Part shown: positions 8,945 to 18,609 of the stretch, piece by piece
Numbering within the stretch: the stretch's first letter is position 1
Layout of the letters: each line of letters starts with the position of its first letter
Origin: a virus
IMG/VR virus record: IMGVR_UViG_3300034061_002572
Coordinates: 1 to 64,000 of that record
Length of the DNA stretch: 64,000 nt
Reading direction: 5' to 3' (one strand)
Position numbers and translations under genes: made by a program
The notes under the pieces: generated by a model
Databases searched by the model: none
Seen by the model: only the letters and a program-made list of their open reading frames with translations
What the model was told of the DNA's origin: nothing

Positions 8945-9351
8945 TGGGTAAAATGATTTTTGACAAAGAAGAAACAAGGAATTTACTAAACATGTTGAAA
9001 TCCTCTGACAAAGAGAATCATGTTGTAGCATTGCAAGCATTGCAAAATGTAAATGTAGATAAATACATAGGAGAATTACTTGTTATGTATAAGTATTCTG
9101 GCATACAAAAGTCTGACTGGAGTGAGGCTGGAAAGAAAGTACATGATAAACTAAAAAAGATCACTGGAGATATTAAACTGACAAGTCCAAGAACTCTTAG
9201 TCTTATTACAGAACATAAAGGTTCTAAGACTTCAGTAGAGTTATTCATGGAATATTTTGTTAGAGATATGACAAGTATGTTGGAACAAATTGGGTATCCA
9301 ACAAGTAGTTTTGAAATTAACATAACACTTAAAGATGCAGAACAAAAATGA
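8944..9351 (+). CDS. hypothetical protein carrying the LxxMxxSxDxxN motif
   Basis: Coupled ORF; LLNMLKSSDKENHVVA; overlaps the start of the vWA gene. Confidence 0.8.
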   Translation: MGKMIFDKEETRNLLNMLKSSDKENHVVALQALQNVNVDKYIGELLVMYKYSGIQKSDWSEAGKKVHDKLKKITGDIKLTSPRTLSLITEHKGSKTSVELFMEYFVRDMTSMLEQIGYPTSSFEINITLKDAEQK

Positions 9352-10642
9352 TTTACTGAGTAAAGCAGGTAAAGACTTAATGCTCAAAGAACCTTATTAT
9401 GGTATATTTCTTATTATGCTTAATAAGTTCTGGAGTGACCGTCTTGATACAGCCGGAGTAAGTAAAATGGGTATTAATTATCAACTTGAAATTAATGAAG
9501 AGTTCTGGCTTAAGCTTACGGATGACCATAGACTTGGTATTCTAAAGCATGAGTTACTTCATATTGCATTTGGGCATTTAACTATGTATTTTAACTTCTC
9601 TGATAGAAGAAGAGCTAATGTGGCTATGGATATGGAAATCAACCAGTATATTGAAAAAGGTTGGCTTCCGGGAGATGAGCATACTCATGATCAGTATCAG
9701 GCTCTTGTTAAATCTATCACAGATAAAATAACACAAGGTCTAGAAGACAAGTCTATGACTCCTGAACAAGCCCTAGAAGAATATAAGGAGATTCCTCCTA
9801 GAGGTATTCTTTTTGAAGACTATGCTGACAAGGGTTGGGATGCTAAGGCCGGTTGTAGATATTACTATGATAAGCTAAAAGAAGCTCAGGATGAGAAAGA
9901 GAAGAATGGTACTACTGGTAATGAAGCACTAGACCAACTTCTTGATAATATGGAACAAGGTGATACTCCTGATCATAGCACCTGGGAAGACTTTGAAGGA
10001 ATTAGTGAAGCTGAGCAAAAGTTATTAGACAAGCAGTTGCAGAAATTATTATCTGATGCTAAGGAACAAACTCTTAAGAAACAGGGAACTATTCCTGGAG
10101 AAGTTGAAGCTCTCATAGAAATTGAAGATGTAGAACCACCTAAGTTTGACTGGCGTGGATATATCAGAAGATTTACTGGTGTTAGTACTAGAGTCTTTAC
10201 AAAGAAGATCCGGAGAAAAGAAAACAGAAAGTTTCCTGAAAGTCCGGGTCTTAAGATAAAGATGAGACAACATATGTTATTAGCAATTGATACTTCTGGT
10301 TCTGTAAGTAATGATGAGCTCATGGAGTTTATGAATGAGATACATCATATTTATAGAGCAGGTGTAGATATTACTATTATACAATGTGATACTAAGATCA
10401 ATAGTATTGAAAAGTATTCTGGTGAATTTGAATTAAATGTAATAGGAAGAGGAGGAACATACTTTGATCCTGTCTTAGAATTCTTTAATGACAATCTAAA
10501 GACTTTTACAAGTCTTGTATATTTTACAGATGGTGAAGCAACAGCATCTATTACTCCAAAGGGTAAAACTCTTTGGGTATTATCTGAAAGATCCCATATG
10601 AATCATGACCTACCGGGAAGGGTTATTAAATTAGAACTTTAA
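9335..10642 (+). CDS. zincin metallopeptidase-vWA protein (DUF2201-like)
   Basis: HELLH, NVAMDMEIN, MIDAS DTSGS, GRGGT and YFTDG motifs. Confidence 0.9.
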   Translation: MQNKNDLLSKAGKDLMLKEPYYGIFLIMLNKFWSDRLDTAGVSKMGINYQLEINEEFWLKLTDDHRLGILKHELLHIAFGHLTMYFNFSDRRRANVAMDMEINQYIEKGWLPGDEHTHDQYQALVKSITDKITQGLEDKSMTPEQALEEYKEIPPRGILFEDYADKGWDAKAGCRYYYDKLKEAQDEKEKNGTTGNEALDQLLDNMEQGDTPDHSTWEDFEGISEAEQKLLDKQLQKLLSDAKEQTLKKQGTIPGEVEALIEIEDVEPPKFDWRGYIRRFTGVSTRVFTKKIRRKENRKFPESPGLKIKMRQHMLLAIDTSGSVSNDELMEFMNEIHHIYRAGVDITIIQCDTKINSIEKYSGEFELNVIGRGGTYFDPVLEFFNDNLKTFTSLVYFTDGEATASITPKGKTLWVLSERSHMNHDLPGRVIKLEL

Positions 10643-10653
10643 AAACAAAAACA

Positions 10654-11844
10654 ATGGCAAGAAAAAAAGTTGAGAAAAGACAAGTACAGTTAAACTCTGA
10701 AGAATTAAAAGATTTCTTAAGACATGTTGTAGACAATAATCAGCATATTCAATCACAAGGAAAAGTTCCTGTAAGTGTGAGTGTTACCGGTGAAGCGGGT
10801 ACAGGTAAAACTTCTAGTATAATTGAGCTAGCTCAAGAACTAAACTTTGATTTAGTTAAAATTAACTTAGCTCAGATAGAAGAGATTGGTGACTTAGTTG
10901 GGTTTCCAGTAAAAGAATTTCAGATTCAAAATGCAGAAGGTAAAACTACTTGGATTGTAGAACAACAAATTGATGCTGCTGTAAAGAAAGGATATAAAAT
11001 TGTAAATAAAAGAATGGCTTATGCTGCTCCGGAGTGGATTCAAGGCAAAGGTGAAGGTGGTATCTTATTGATTGATGATTTTAACAGAGCTGATACTAGA
11101 TTTACTCAAGCTTGTATGGAGTTAATTGACCGGCAAGAATATATTTCTTGGAAGCTTCCTAAGAACTGGCATATTATTTTATCACAGAATCCTGATGATG
11201 GAGATTATATGGTAAATGCTCAGGATTTAGCTCAGCAAACAAGATATATTTCTGTTGACTTTAAGTTTGATGTGAATGTATGGGCTAAGTGGGCTGAGAG
11301 AAACAATGTAGATTCCAGAGCAATTAACTTTATGTTGATGCATCCTGAATTAGTTACTAAGGAAACTAATGCTAGGATTATTACTAAGTTCTTTGATTCT
11401 ATCAGTTCTATTCCTAAGTTTGAAGACAAGCTGCCTCTTATTCAAATGATTGGTGAAGGCTCAGTAGGAATTGATTTCAGCTCTATGTTCACTATGTTTA
11501 TTAATAACAAGCTAGATAAAATTATTAGTCCTGAAGATATCTTAACCAAAGATGAGCAGTATGTAATGAATTCATTAGTTAATGCTGTTGGTAAAGATGA
11601 TGACTTCCGTGCAGATATTTCTAGTGTAATTGCTACCAGGGTGATTAATTATTCATTGCACTTTGCAGAAACTAAATCTGTACCAGATGCAATGATTAAA
11701 AGGTTAATTAAACTTACTACAGACTGTGACTCTTTTACTGATGACTTAAAATATTATATCATCAAAGAGGTAGTTAACGGAAATAAACTTAAGTTTTCCA
11801 AGCTGATGCTTGATTCTACCGTGGTGAAGATGGCTGTTAAGTAA
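10654..11844 (+). CDS. MoxR-like AAA+ ATPase
   Basis: GEAGTGKT Walker A, DLVGFP, LLIDDFNRA Walker B, NP sensor; adjacent to the vWA gene. Confidence 0.9.
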   Translation: MARKKVEKRQVQLNSEELKDFLRHVVDNNQHIQSQGKVPVSVSVTGEAGTGKTSSIIELAQELNFDLVKINLAQIEEIGDLVGFPVKEFQIQNAEGKTTWIVEQQIDAAVKKGYKIVNKRMAYAAPEWIQGKGEGGILLIDDFNRADTRFTQACMELIDRQEYISWKLPKNWHIILSQNPDDGDYMVNAQDLAQQTRYISVDFKFDVNVWAKWAERNNVDSRAINFMLMHPELVTKETNARIITKFFDSISSIPKFEDKLPLIQMIGEGSVGIDFSSMFTMFINNKLDKIISPEDILTKDEQYVMNSLVNAVGKDDDFRADISSVIATRVINYSLHFAETKSVPDAMIKRLIKLTTDCDSFTDDLKYYIIKEVVNGNKLKFSKLMLDSTVVKMAVK

Positions 11845-11902
11845 TTGAAACTTAGAGCAGTTTTCCTTTTAAAGACACATAAAATTAATTAAAAACAAAC
11901 AT

Positions 11903-11940
11903 GAGGGGGACGTAATTGTCCCTCTCTAATTTTTATTATT
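11903..11940 (+). terminator. hairpin / probable terminator
   Basis: GAGGGGGAC-GTAATT-GTCCCTCTC followed by TAATTTTTATT. Confidence 0.6.
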
Positions 11941-13347
11941 ATGAACAAAACTATTTTAAATTTTGATTCAGACATGGGTCACTGGACTGATGAATGGAGT
12001 GACATGGGTAGAGAACACACTTATACTATAGGTGTTCTAACAGGTAGTGATAAGAGAGAAGATTTATTTAATGTTGAGAAGAAAGAATATATTCCTGTAA
12101 ATGGAGATAGAATTTATTTTCTACCCGGAGTAAATGTTCCAAGAGTTAAGTTCAAAAATCTTTGTGATGAAAAAGGTATTAGAACTGTAAGAGATGCTTC
12201 TAAAGCAAATATATTTGTTGCTAACAATAATAGCTATAGCAAAGTACTTGATAACAATTGGAACTATAAAGTGAAAACAGATGATTTCAAAGCTTTAATA
12301 GAAATGAATGAATTTAATTCTAAGCTTGATAGTTTTCATTACAAAAAAATTGCAGATGCTTTAGAGTTTTATGTTGAGGACTATGTCTATACAGATAGAC
12401 CAACCGCAGCACTTATTACTACATATGTAAATCATAAAAAAGATTTTAGATCTAGTTCTAAAAGAATTTACTATGTAAGAGAAGAATATGCAGAATTAAT
12501 AAATGCTATATCAGGACTAACTATCTATGATGAAGAAACTATTATTAATCAATTAAATGGTGATGATGCTGCAGTTATTGATGATCAGATATACAAACAG
12601 CTATCTACTATGCTTGATAGTTCTGATAATGATAATAAGATTCTTGCTATGGAGGTCATGGCTAACTGTAAATATAGTGCTAGTCTAGTTCATCTCATGA
12701 TGTTGTTTTATAATCATGGTAATACTATATATAACATGCCCACTAAGAATCATGTTAATTTTAAATCTTTATTGAGCTGGTTAGATCTTACTCCGGGTAA
12801 TCCTCATATTAATATGGATGATACTGTTAAAATCCTAAGAGAGAAAGGTCAACTTACTCCGGATAAACTTGATAAAGTACTAGGTTACATTCAAGATGAT
12901 GTGGTAAGAAATGGTAATAGTAGATACTTTAAGATGAAAACTGTGAGTATAAATCCAGAGCTTCTTGAAGAAATGAATGTTAACTATTCTTATCAAACTC
13001 AGGCTGACTTTGTACCATCTGTTCCTGAAGCTGAGATTAATCAACAGGAAGATGTTAATACAGATGAAGTTAGAGAAGATCTAATACATGATGAAAAACC
13101 AGTTGATGAAGCTGAGATAGATTTAGTAGAAGAAACACCTACTAGTGAAGCTCAGGAAGATCAAATAGTTTTAGAATCATCTGAAGAAGTTTCCGAATCT
13201 GAATTAAATAAAACAGAAGAAGAATTGGCTCATGAACTTTATGGTGTAGATAATGACAACATTGAAGTTACATTGCCAGTGCAACCAATATCAAATAACA
13301 ATCAAATAGAAGAGACAAATGGTGAAAATGATTTTGAGTGGTTCTGA
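11941..13347 (+). CDS. hypothetical protein with possible BRCT-like N-terminal segment, LxxMxxSxDxxN motif and long acidic tail
   Basis: IYFLPGVNVPRVKFKNLCDEKGIRTVRDASKANIFV; LSTMLDSSDNDNKILA; E/D-rich last ~110 aa. Confidence 0.8.
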   Translation: MNKTILNFDSDMGHWTDEWSDMGREHTYTIGVLTGSDKREDLFNVEKKEYIPVNGDRIYFLPGVNVPRVKFKNLCDEKGIRTVRDASKANIFVANNNSYSKVLDNNWNYKVKTDDFKALIEMNEFNSKLDSFHYKKIADALEFYVEDYVYTDRPTAALITTYVNHKKDFRSSSKRIYYVREEYAELINAISGLTIYDEETIINQLNGDDAAVIDDQIYKQLSTMLDSSDNDNKILAMEVMANCKYSASLVHLMMLFYNHGNTIYNMPTKNHVNFKSLLSWLDLTPGNPHINMDDTVKILREKGQLTPDKLDKVLGYIQDDVVRNGNSRYFKMKTVSINPELLEEMNVNYSYQTQADFVPSVPEAEINQQEDVNTDEVREDLIHDEKPVDEAEIDLVEETPTSEAQEDQIVLESSEEVSESELNKTEEELAHELYGVDNDNIEVTLPVQPISNNNQIEETNGENDFEWF

Positions 13348-14338
13348 TGAACTAGAGAGATTTTACAAACAGAAGTTTTACTTCAGCTATAGTGGTATTA
13401 ATAAACTACTATATTCACCGGCTGCTTTTTATAATCATTATGTGCTCAACCAAAGAGAAGATAGCAAGGATGCTCACCTTATAGGAGGGAGCGTCCTGCA
13501 CTGTCTTTTATTTGAGCCAGAAAAATATGATGACAAGTTTATAAGTTTACCTGGAAAATTTCCTACAGATAATCAAAGAAAAATTATTGATAATATTTTT
13601 AGAACTCATTGTAGTCTTGGAAATAATTCATTAGTTTTAGAAGACTATTCGCAGGAGATAATTACACAACTTCTTACTTCTAATCTTTACCAGGCTCTTA
13701 AAACAGATGTCCAAAGATTAGAAAAAATTCTTACTGAAGAAAACAAAGAGTACTTTGAATTCCTTAAACAAAGTCTAGACAAATTAATAGTTGATGAACC
13801 TACTTTGAGCGGCTGCAAAGTACAGGTTGAAATACTAAAGAGTAATGAAGATGTAAGAGCTTTATTACAACTAGATAAAACTGAGGAAGATGATCACATT
13901 GAAGTTTATAATGAGTTGCTTATAACAATGGATCATGATCAATTACCCTTTGGTCTTCATGGGTTTCTTGATAATGTAGTCGTTGACAGAGAGAGTAAAA
14001 CTATTTTTGTTAATGACTTAAAGACAACTGGTAAATCTGTTCAGGATTTTCCTGAATCAGTAGAATATTACAAGTACTGGATACAAGGTGTTATTTATCT
14101 TGTATTAGCTGCTGAAAGGTTCTTGAAAGATAAACCAGACAGAAATGAATGGGAAATTCAAGTAACTTTTATTGTAATTGACAAATACAATTTGGTTTAT
14201 CCGTTTCAAGTTTCAAAAGAATCCATGGAGATGTGGAAGAAAGATTTTAGAAAAGTTCTTAAAATTGCTGAATGGCATTATAAGAATAAGAAATATGATC
14301 TTCCATATGAACTTGCAGTTGGTAATGTAAAATTGTAA
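13328..14338 (+). CDS. PD-(D/E)XK exonuclease (RecE/DUF3799-like)
   Basis: SYSGI, GSVLHCLLFEP, GFLD, NDLKT and YWIQGVIY motifs. Confidence 0.85.
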   Translation: MILSGSDELERFYKQKFYFSYSGINKLLYSPAAFYNHYVLNQREDSKDAHLIGGSVLHCLLFEPEKYDDKFISLPGKFPTDNQRKIIDNIFRTHCSLGNNSLVLEDYSQEIITQLLTSNLYQALKTDVQRLEKILTEENKEYFEFLKQSLDKLIVDEPTLSGCKVQVEILKSNEDVRALLQLDKTEEDDHIEVYNELLITMDHDQLPFGLHGFLDNVVVDRESKTIFVNDLKTTGKSVQDFPESVEYYKYWIQGVIYLVLAAERFLKDKPDRNEWEIQVTFIVIDKYNLVYPFQVSKESMEMWKKDFRKVLKIAEWHYKNKKYDLPYELAVGNVKL

Positions 14339-14340
14339 AT

Positions 14341-14904
14341 ATGAACATGTACACGCTTTATAGTAAGTATTTTCAAAAATCCAAGGTGTTTATATATCCG
14401 CTACTTGGAATCAAAAGAGGAAGCAAAATTGTTCCGTATGAAACTTATATAAGTTGGAATGATACTTTTGCTCCCGAGGATATGAGATTAGTATGTTTAT
14501 ACCATAGAAGAGAAGATGAGGATTATGAATATTTCGAAAGAACTATTTTTAAACATCCAAGATTATGTGATTATATTAAAGTAAGTTCTAAAATTGATTT
14601 ATTCACTTTTGATTTTTCAGATTTAGAAGATGATTGGGATTGTTTCAAAGGCGGTAAATATAGTATGATGAGTATGAGTGTAAAGCGTAAAATAATGGAT
14701 TTCTTTGACAAAAATGGTGGTAATTATGTTTATATACAGAGTTTTTTATATCCTCATAAATGGTTTGATAAGTATGCTGAACTATTAAATGTTGATGTTG
14801 AACTTTTAAAACAAGTTGGAGAGCTTTGTGATAAACCAGATCTATCAAAAGAAAAATTAATATTGTTAGTATCAGATTTGGAAAACATAAAAATTCTCGA
14901 TTAA
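14341..14904 (+). CDS. hypothetical protein (187 aa)
   Basis: In-operon ORF. Confidence 0.8.
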   Translation: MNMYTLYSKYFQKSKVFIYPLLGIKRGSKIVPYETYISWNDTFAPEDMRLVCLYHRREDEDYEYFERTIFKHPRLCDYIKVSSKIDLFTFDFSDLEDDWDCFKGGKYSMMSMSVKRKIMDFFDKNGGNYVYIQSFLYPHKWFDKYAELLNVDVELLKQVGELCDKPDLSKEKLILLVSDLENIKILD

Positions 14905-14934
14905 TTTGTAATAAATTTAAAAAAACCAACATTT

Positions 14935-15291
14935 ATGAGTGAAAACACAATGATGCTTATTCAGGCCACATGGAATGATAAGCAAACTTTTAGAATGATT
15001 CCAATTACAGAATCATGTCCATATGTAGAATGTATTTTTGATCCAGATACAAAAGTATTTGTAATCATTTCAAAAATCAAAAAGACTTCATTACACATGT
15101 TACCTAAACTTGATGAGTACGGTCAACCTGTAGCAGGTACAAAAGGTATGAAACAAGAGAGACATAAAATTGAAGTGTTTCAAGAATTCTATGTAGAAGA
15201 CCATTCTGCAATCGAAGAATTAATCAAACTTATGTGTATTAATCCAAAGTTTGATTATAAGAAGTTTATGTCTGCGGCTGAACAGGCATAA
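14935..15291 (+). CDS. hypothetical protein (118 aa)
   Basis: ATG after an A-rich leader; followed by a terminator. Confidence 0.8.
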   Translation: MSENTMMLIQATWNDKQTFRMIPITESCPYVECIFDPDTKVFVIISKIKKTSLHMLPKLDEYGQPVAGTKGMKQERHKIEVFQEFYVEDHSAIEELIKLMCINPKFDYKKFMSAAEQA

Positions 15292-15310
15292 ATGTAAAAT
15301 GAATGGATGG

Positions 15311-15345
15311 AAAAGAGGGTGAATAATAGTAACCCTCTTTTTTTA
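15311..15345 (+). terminator. intrinsic terminator
   Basis: AAAAGAGGGT...ACCCTCTTTT followed by further Ts. Confidence 0.75.
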
Positions 15346-15383
15346 TTAACTAAACGGGGGAACAGCTTAACTGAACATAAAAT

Positions 15384-17282
15384 ATGAGAACACATTGGGT
15401 AATGGACTATGAAACTCTTAGTAATTGTTTCATAGCAGTCTTTGAAGATATCAAATCTGAACATCAAGAAGTATTTGTGATTCATGAATCTAAAAATGAT
15501 ATTGTAGCTTTCTTATCATTCTTAATGAGACATGTCAATAATAAAGAATGGCATGTTAGTTTTAATGGTCTTGGATTTGATAGTCAAATTACTGAATACT
15601 GTATTAGATATGGTAATGATTTACTTGATATGTCAGGTGAGCAAATTGCCAGATTTATTTATGGTAAGGCTCAAGAAGTAATTAGAAGACAGAATGATGG
15701 TGAATTTCTTGAATTTAGTCCTAGAGATTTAAGTGTAAAACAAGTAGATGTTTTTAAACTTAATCACTGGGATAATCCAGCTAAAAGATCTAGTTTGAAA
15801 TGGATTCAATTTACAATGGACTGGCCAAATATCATAGATATGCCGATTCATCATAGTAAAGAAATCAAAGCAGAACAGATTCCGGATATTATCAAGTACT
15901 GTATAAATGATGTCAAGTCAACTAAGCAGATAATGCATCTTAGTAAGAGTCAAATAGATTTAAGAGGTAAATTAACTGATGAGTATGGTATTGATTTGTA
16001 TTCTGCTTCAGAGCCTAGAATATCAAAGGAGTTGTTCTTATATTTCTTGAGTAAAACTACTGGAATAAAGAAACAGGAACTTAGACAACTAAGAACCAAA
16101 AGAGAAAAGATTGTTGTTAATGATATCATACTTCCATATATTGATTTCAAGACAGCAACATTTCAAAACTTACTAAGAAAGTTTAAAGAAGTAGTTATTT
16201 ATACTGGAGAAACTAAAGGAGGGTTTAAATATTCTGTACATTATAATGGGGTAAAAACCGATTATGGTCTAGGAGGTATACATGGTGCCAGAGCAAGTAA
16301 AGTATATGAGTCAACAGAAGATATGGTCATTATGACTTCTGACGTAACTTCATTTTATCCAAATCTAGCTATTAGAAACAAATGGTCTCCAGCTCATTTA
16401 CCACAACAAGAGTTTTGTGATCAGTATGAATGGTTCTTTGATGAAAGAAAAATAATACCTAAGAAGGATCCTAAGAATTATGTTTACAAGATTATTCTTA
16501 ATTCAACTTATGGGTTGTCTAATGATGAAAACAGTTTTCTATATGATCCAGAATTTACCATGAGAATTACCATAAATGGTCAGCTAAGTTTGACTATGTT
16601 GTATGAAATGATTACTGAAGGTATACCAGGTGCAATTCCTCTAATGCAAAATACAGATGGTCTTGAGACTATGATTCCTAGAGAGCATGTGCAGAAATAT
16701 ATGGACATATGTGCCCAGTGGGAGAAAATTACTAATCTACAACTTGAACATGACAAGTACTCCAAACTTATTTTAGGTGATGTAAATAATTATATTGCTG
16801 TGACTGAAGATGGTAAGTCTAAATGTAAAGGTAGATTCGAGTATGACAATCTTGCTCTTCATAAAAATAAAAGCTTCCTTATTATTCCAAAAGCAATACA
16901 TGCTTATTTTGTTGATGGTATTAAACCTGAAAAGTTTATTAAAGAAAATCTAAACATTTTTGATTTTTGTGGTGGTGTAAAAATTAAAGGAGATTGGAGA
17001 TTTGAGGAACAATACATAGAAAGTGGTATATTCAAACAGAAACCACTACAGCATACAATAAGATATTTTATCTCTAATACAGGTAGTAAGATAATGAAAA
17101 GACATCTTACAGATGGCAGAGATATTCAGGTTGAAGCCGGTAAATGGTATCAAACCGTGTATATTGATCATTCAGATAAACCAATTTCTGAATATGATAT
17201 TAATTACGATTTCTATCTGAGTAAAATTAGAAAAGAAATAGAGTCACTTGAACCTAGTGTAAATCAATTAAGTTTATTTTAA
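15384..17282 (+). CDS. polB: family B DNA polymerase with 3'-5' exonuclease
   Basis: ExoI DYE, ExoII FNGLGFD, ExoIII YCIND; polymerase motifs DVTSFYP, KIILNSTYG and NTDG. Confidence 0.93.
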   Translation: MRTHWVMDYETLSNCFIAVFEDIKSEHQEVFVIHESKNDIVAFLSFLMRHVNNKEWHVSFNGLGFDSQITEYCIRYGNDLLDMSGEQIARFIYGKAQEVIRRQNDGEFLEFSPRDLSVKQVDVFKLNHWDNPAKRSSLKWIQFTMDWPNIIDMPIHHSKEIKAEQIPDIIKYCINDVKSTKQIMHLSKSQIDLRGKLTDEYGIDLYSASEPRISKELFLYFLSKTTGIKKQELRQLRTKREKIVVNDIILPYIDFKTATFQNLLRKFKEVVIYTGETKGGFKYSVHYNGVKTDYGLGGIHGARASKVYESTEDMVIMTSDVTSFYPNLAIRNKWSPAHLPQQEFCDQYEWFFDERKIIPKKDPKNYVYKIILNSTYGLSNDENSFLYDPEFTMRITINGQLSLTMLYEMITEGIPGAIPLMQNTDGLETMIPREHVQKYMDICAQWEKITNLQLEHDKYSKLILGDVNNYIAVTEDGKSKCKGRFEYDNLALHKNKSFLIIPKAIHAYFVDGIKPEKFIKENLNIFDFCGGVKIKGDWRFEEQYIESGIFKQKPLQHTIRYFISNTGSKIMKRHLTDGRDIQVEAGKWYQTVYIDHSDKPISEYDINYDFYLSKIRKEIESLEPSVNQLSLF

Positions 17283-17283
17283 A

Positions 17284-18525
17284 ATGCCAAAAAAGATTTC
17301 AGAATGTACAAAGGCACATTTAATTAGTGTGCCTTTACCGAACCATGCGGCTACTTATACAGTAATTAGCCACCAGTTTGTTATTGATTATGCATATCAA
17401 GCTCTTGCTAATGCAGGGTTTGGAATTGTAGAAGAGGAGTACAGATGTACTGCTGACGGACAAATAGCTCAAGGTATTTATAAACTACAGTTTATGAGTG
17501 ATCCTGAGTTGTCCATGATGTTTGCTTGGACAAACAGTTATAATAAGCAAGTAAAATTTAAGTGTGTTGTTGGTGCCTATATAAACAATACCGGGTCAGT
17601 AATGATCTCTGGAGAAGTTGGTAGCTGGGTTAGAAAACATATGGGAACTGCAGACACTGAGACAAAAGATACAATAGACAAATATATCAGTAATGCTCAC
17701 ATGTATTATGATCAGCTTTGTCTAGATAAAGCTACTATGGAAGGAATAACTCTTAATACTAGAAAGCAGGCCCAGCTCCTTGGAGTTTTGTTTGCTGAGT
17801 ATGGTATTTTGACTACTGAACAAGCTAGCTTGGTAAGAGATCAAATGAAGAAACCAGTACATGTATTTGCAGACAGCAGCAGTTTATGGGCTTTCTATAA
17901 CTATGTCACTGTTGCTTTACAGTTATCTCATCCAAAGACTTGGATGGAAGATCAAAGAATTCTTCATTATTTTATCAGTACTATTGGTAACTTTAATAAA
18001 CCGGCTGCTCCAGTTCAAGTACCAGTTATTGCTGTACCAGAATCGGAAGTAGTTGATCCATTGTATGCTATACCAGGTCAAACTAATATACTAGATCAGA
18101 TTGCTGAAATAGAAACACAAGTGACTGATAATCAAGTGGTGCAAGAAGAGGTAGAAATAGACACGGTTTTGCACCAGTCTGAAGAAGTTGTTGAAGAAAC
18201 AGATGAAGCTGAGGAAATTCCATTTGATATAGATGCTGATGATGATGCTGTGTTAGATGCAATACTTGTTCCAATAGAAAAACCGGAGCCTGAAATTACA
18301 GTAGAAGAAGATTTACTTCCACCTGGATTACTAGATGAAGCAGTAATGAAATATACTGATCCAGCAGGTAATACATTTGAAGCACCTATTATTCCTGATT
18401 TAAACAATCTAGCTGCAGAAGTTGTAGAAGAAATAGTTATTGATGAAAATGATGATTTTGATTTAGAGGATTTTATTTCAAATGATGATGAAGATGATCC
18501 GGATAGTATCCCGGACTTTTTCTAA
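17284..18525 (+). CDS. DUF932-like protein with long acidic C-terminal extension
   Basis: YTVISH, NSYNK, RKHMG and SLWAFYNYVT motifs; last ~170 aa rich in D/E/P/V. Confidence 0.7.
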   Translation: MPKKISECTKAHLISVPLPNHAATYTVISHQFVIDYAYQALANAGFGIVEEEYRCTADGQIAQGIYKLQFMSDPELSMMFAWTNSYNKQVKFKCVVGAYINNTGSVMISGEVGSWVRKHMGTADTETKDTIDKYISNAHMYYDQLCLDKATMEGITLNTRKQAQLLGVLFAEYGILTTEQASLVRDQMKKPVHVFADSSSLWAFYNYVTVALQLSHPKTWMEDQRILHYFISTIGNFNKPAAPVQVPVIAVPESEVVDPLYAIPGQTNILDQIAEIETQVTDNQVVQEEVEIDTVLHQSEEVVEETDEAEEIPFDIDADDDAVLDAILVPIEKPEPEITVEEDLLPPGLLDEAVMKYTDPAGNTFEAPIIPDLNNLAAEVVEEIVIDENDDFDLEDFISNDDEDDPDSIPDFF

Positions 18526-18568
18526 AGCACTTGTCTTTTAGGGGACAAGTATAAACAATTAATAACTT

Positions 18569-18599
18569 GGGGATGGTTTAGGCTGTCCCCTTTTTTTTT
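18569..18599 (+). terminator. intrinsic terminator (preceded by a second hairpin at about 18530-18550)
   Basis: GGGGATGG...CTGTCCCC followed by T9. Confidence 0.8.
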
Positions 18600-18606
18600 A
18601 ACTTTG
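18599..18606 (+). promoter_or_regulatory. Bacteroidota-type -7 element TAACTTTG
   Basis: Consensus TAnnTTTG just upstream of the ATG at 18610. Confidence 0.5.
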
Positions 18607-18609
18607 ATT

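Noticed and set aside
15351-15383. GGGGGAACAGCTTAACTGAAC leader before polB as a regulatory RNA
   Set aside because: Single occurrence with only a 3-bp stem; not supportable without comparative data.
15384-17282. Intein or intron in the DNA polymerase
   Set aside because: The 632-aa ORF is compact with all motifs in order and no intein-like termini.
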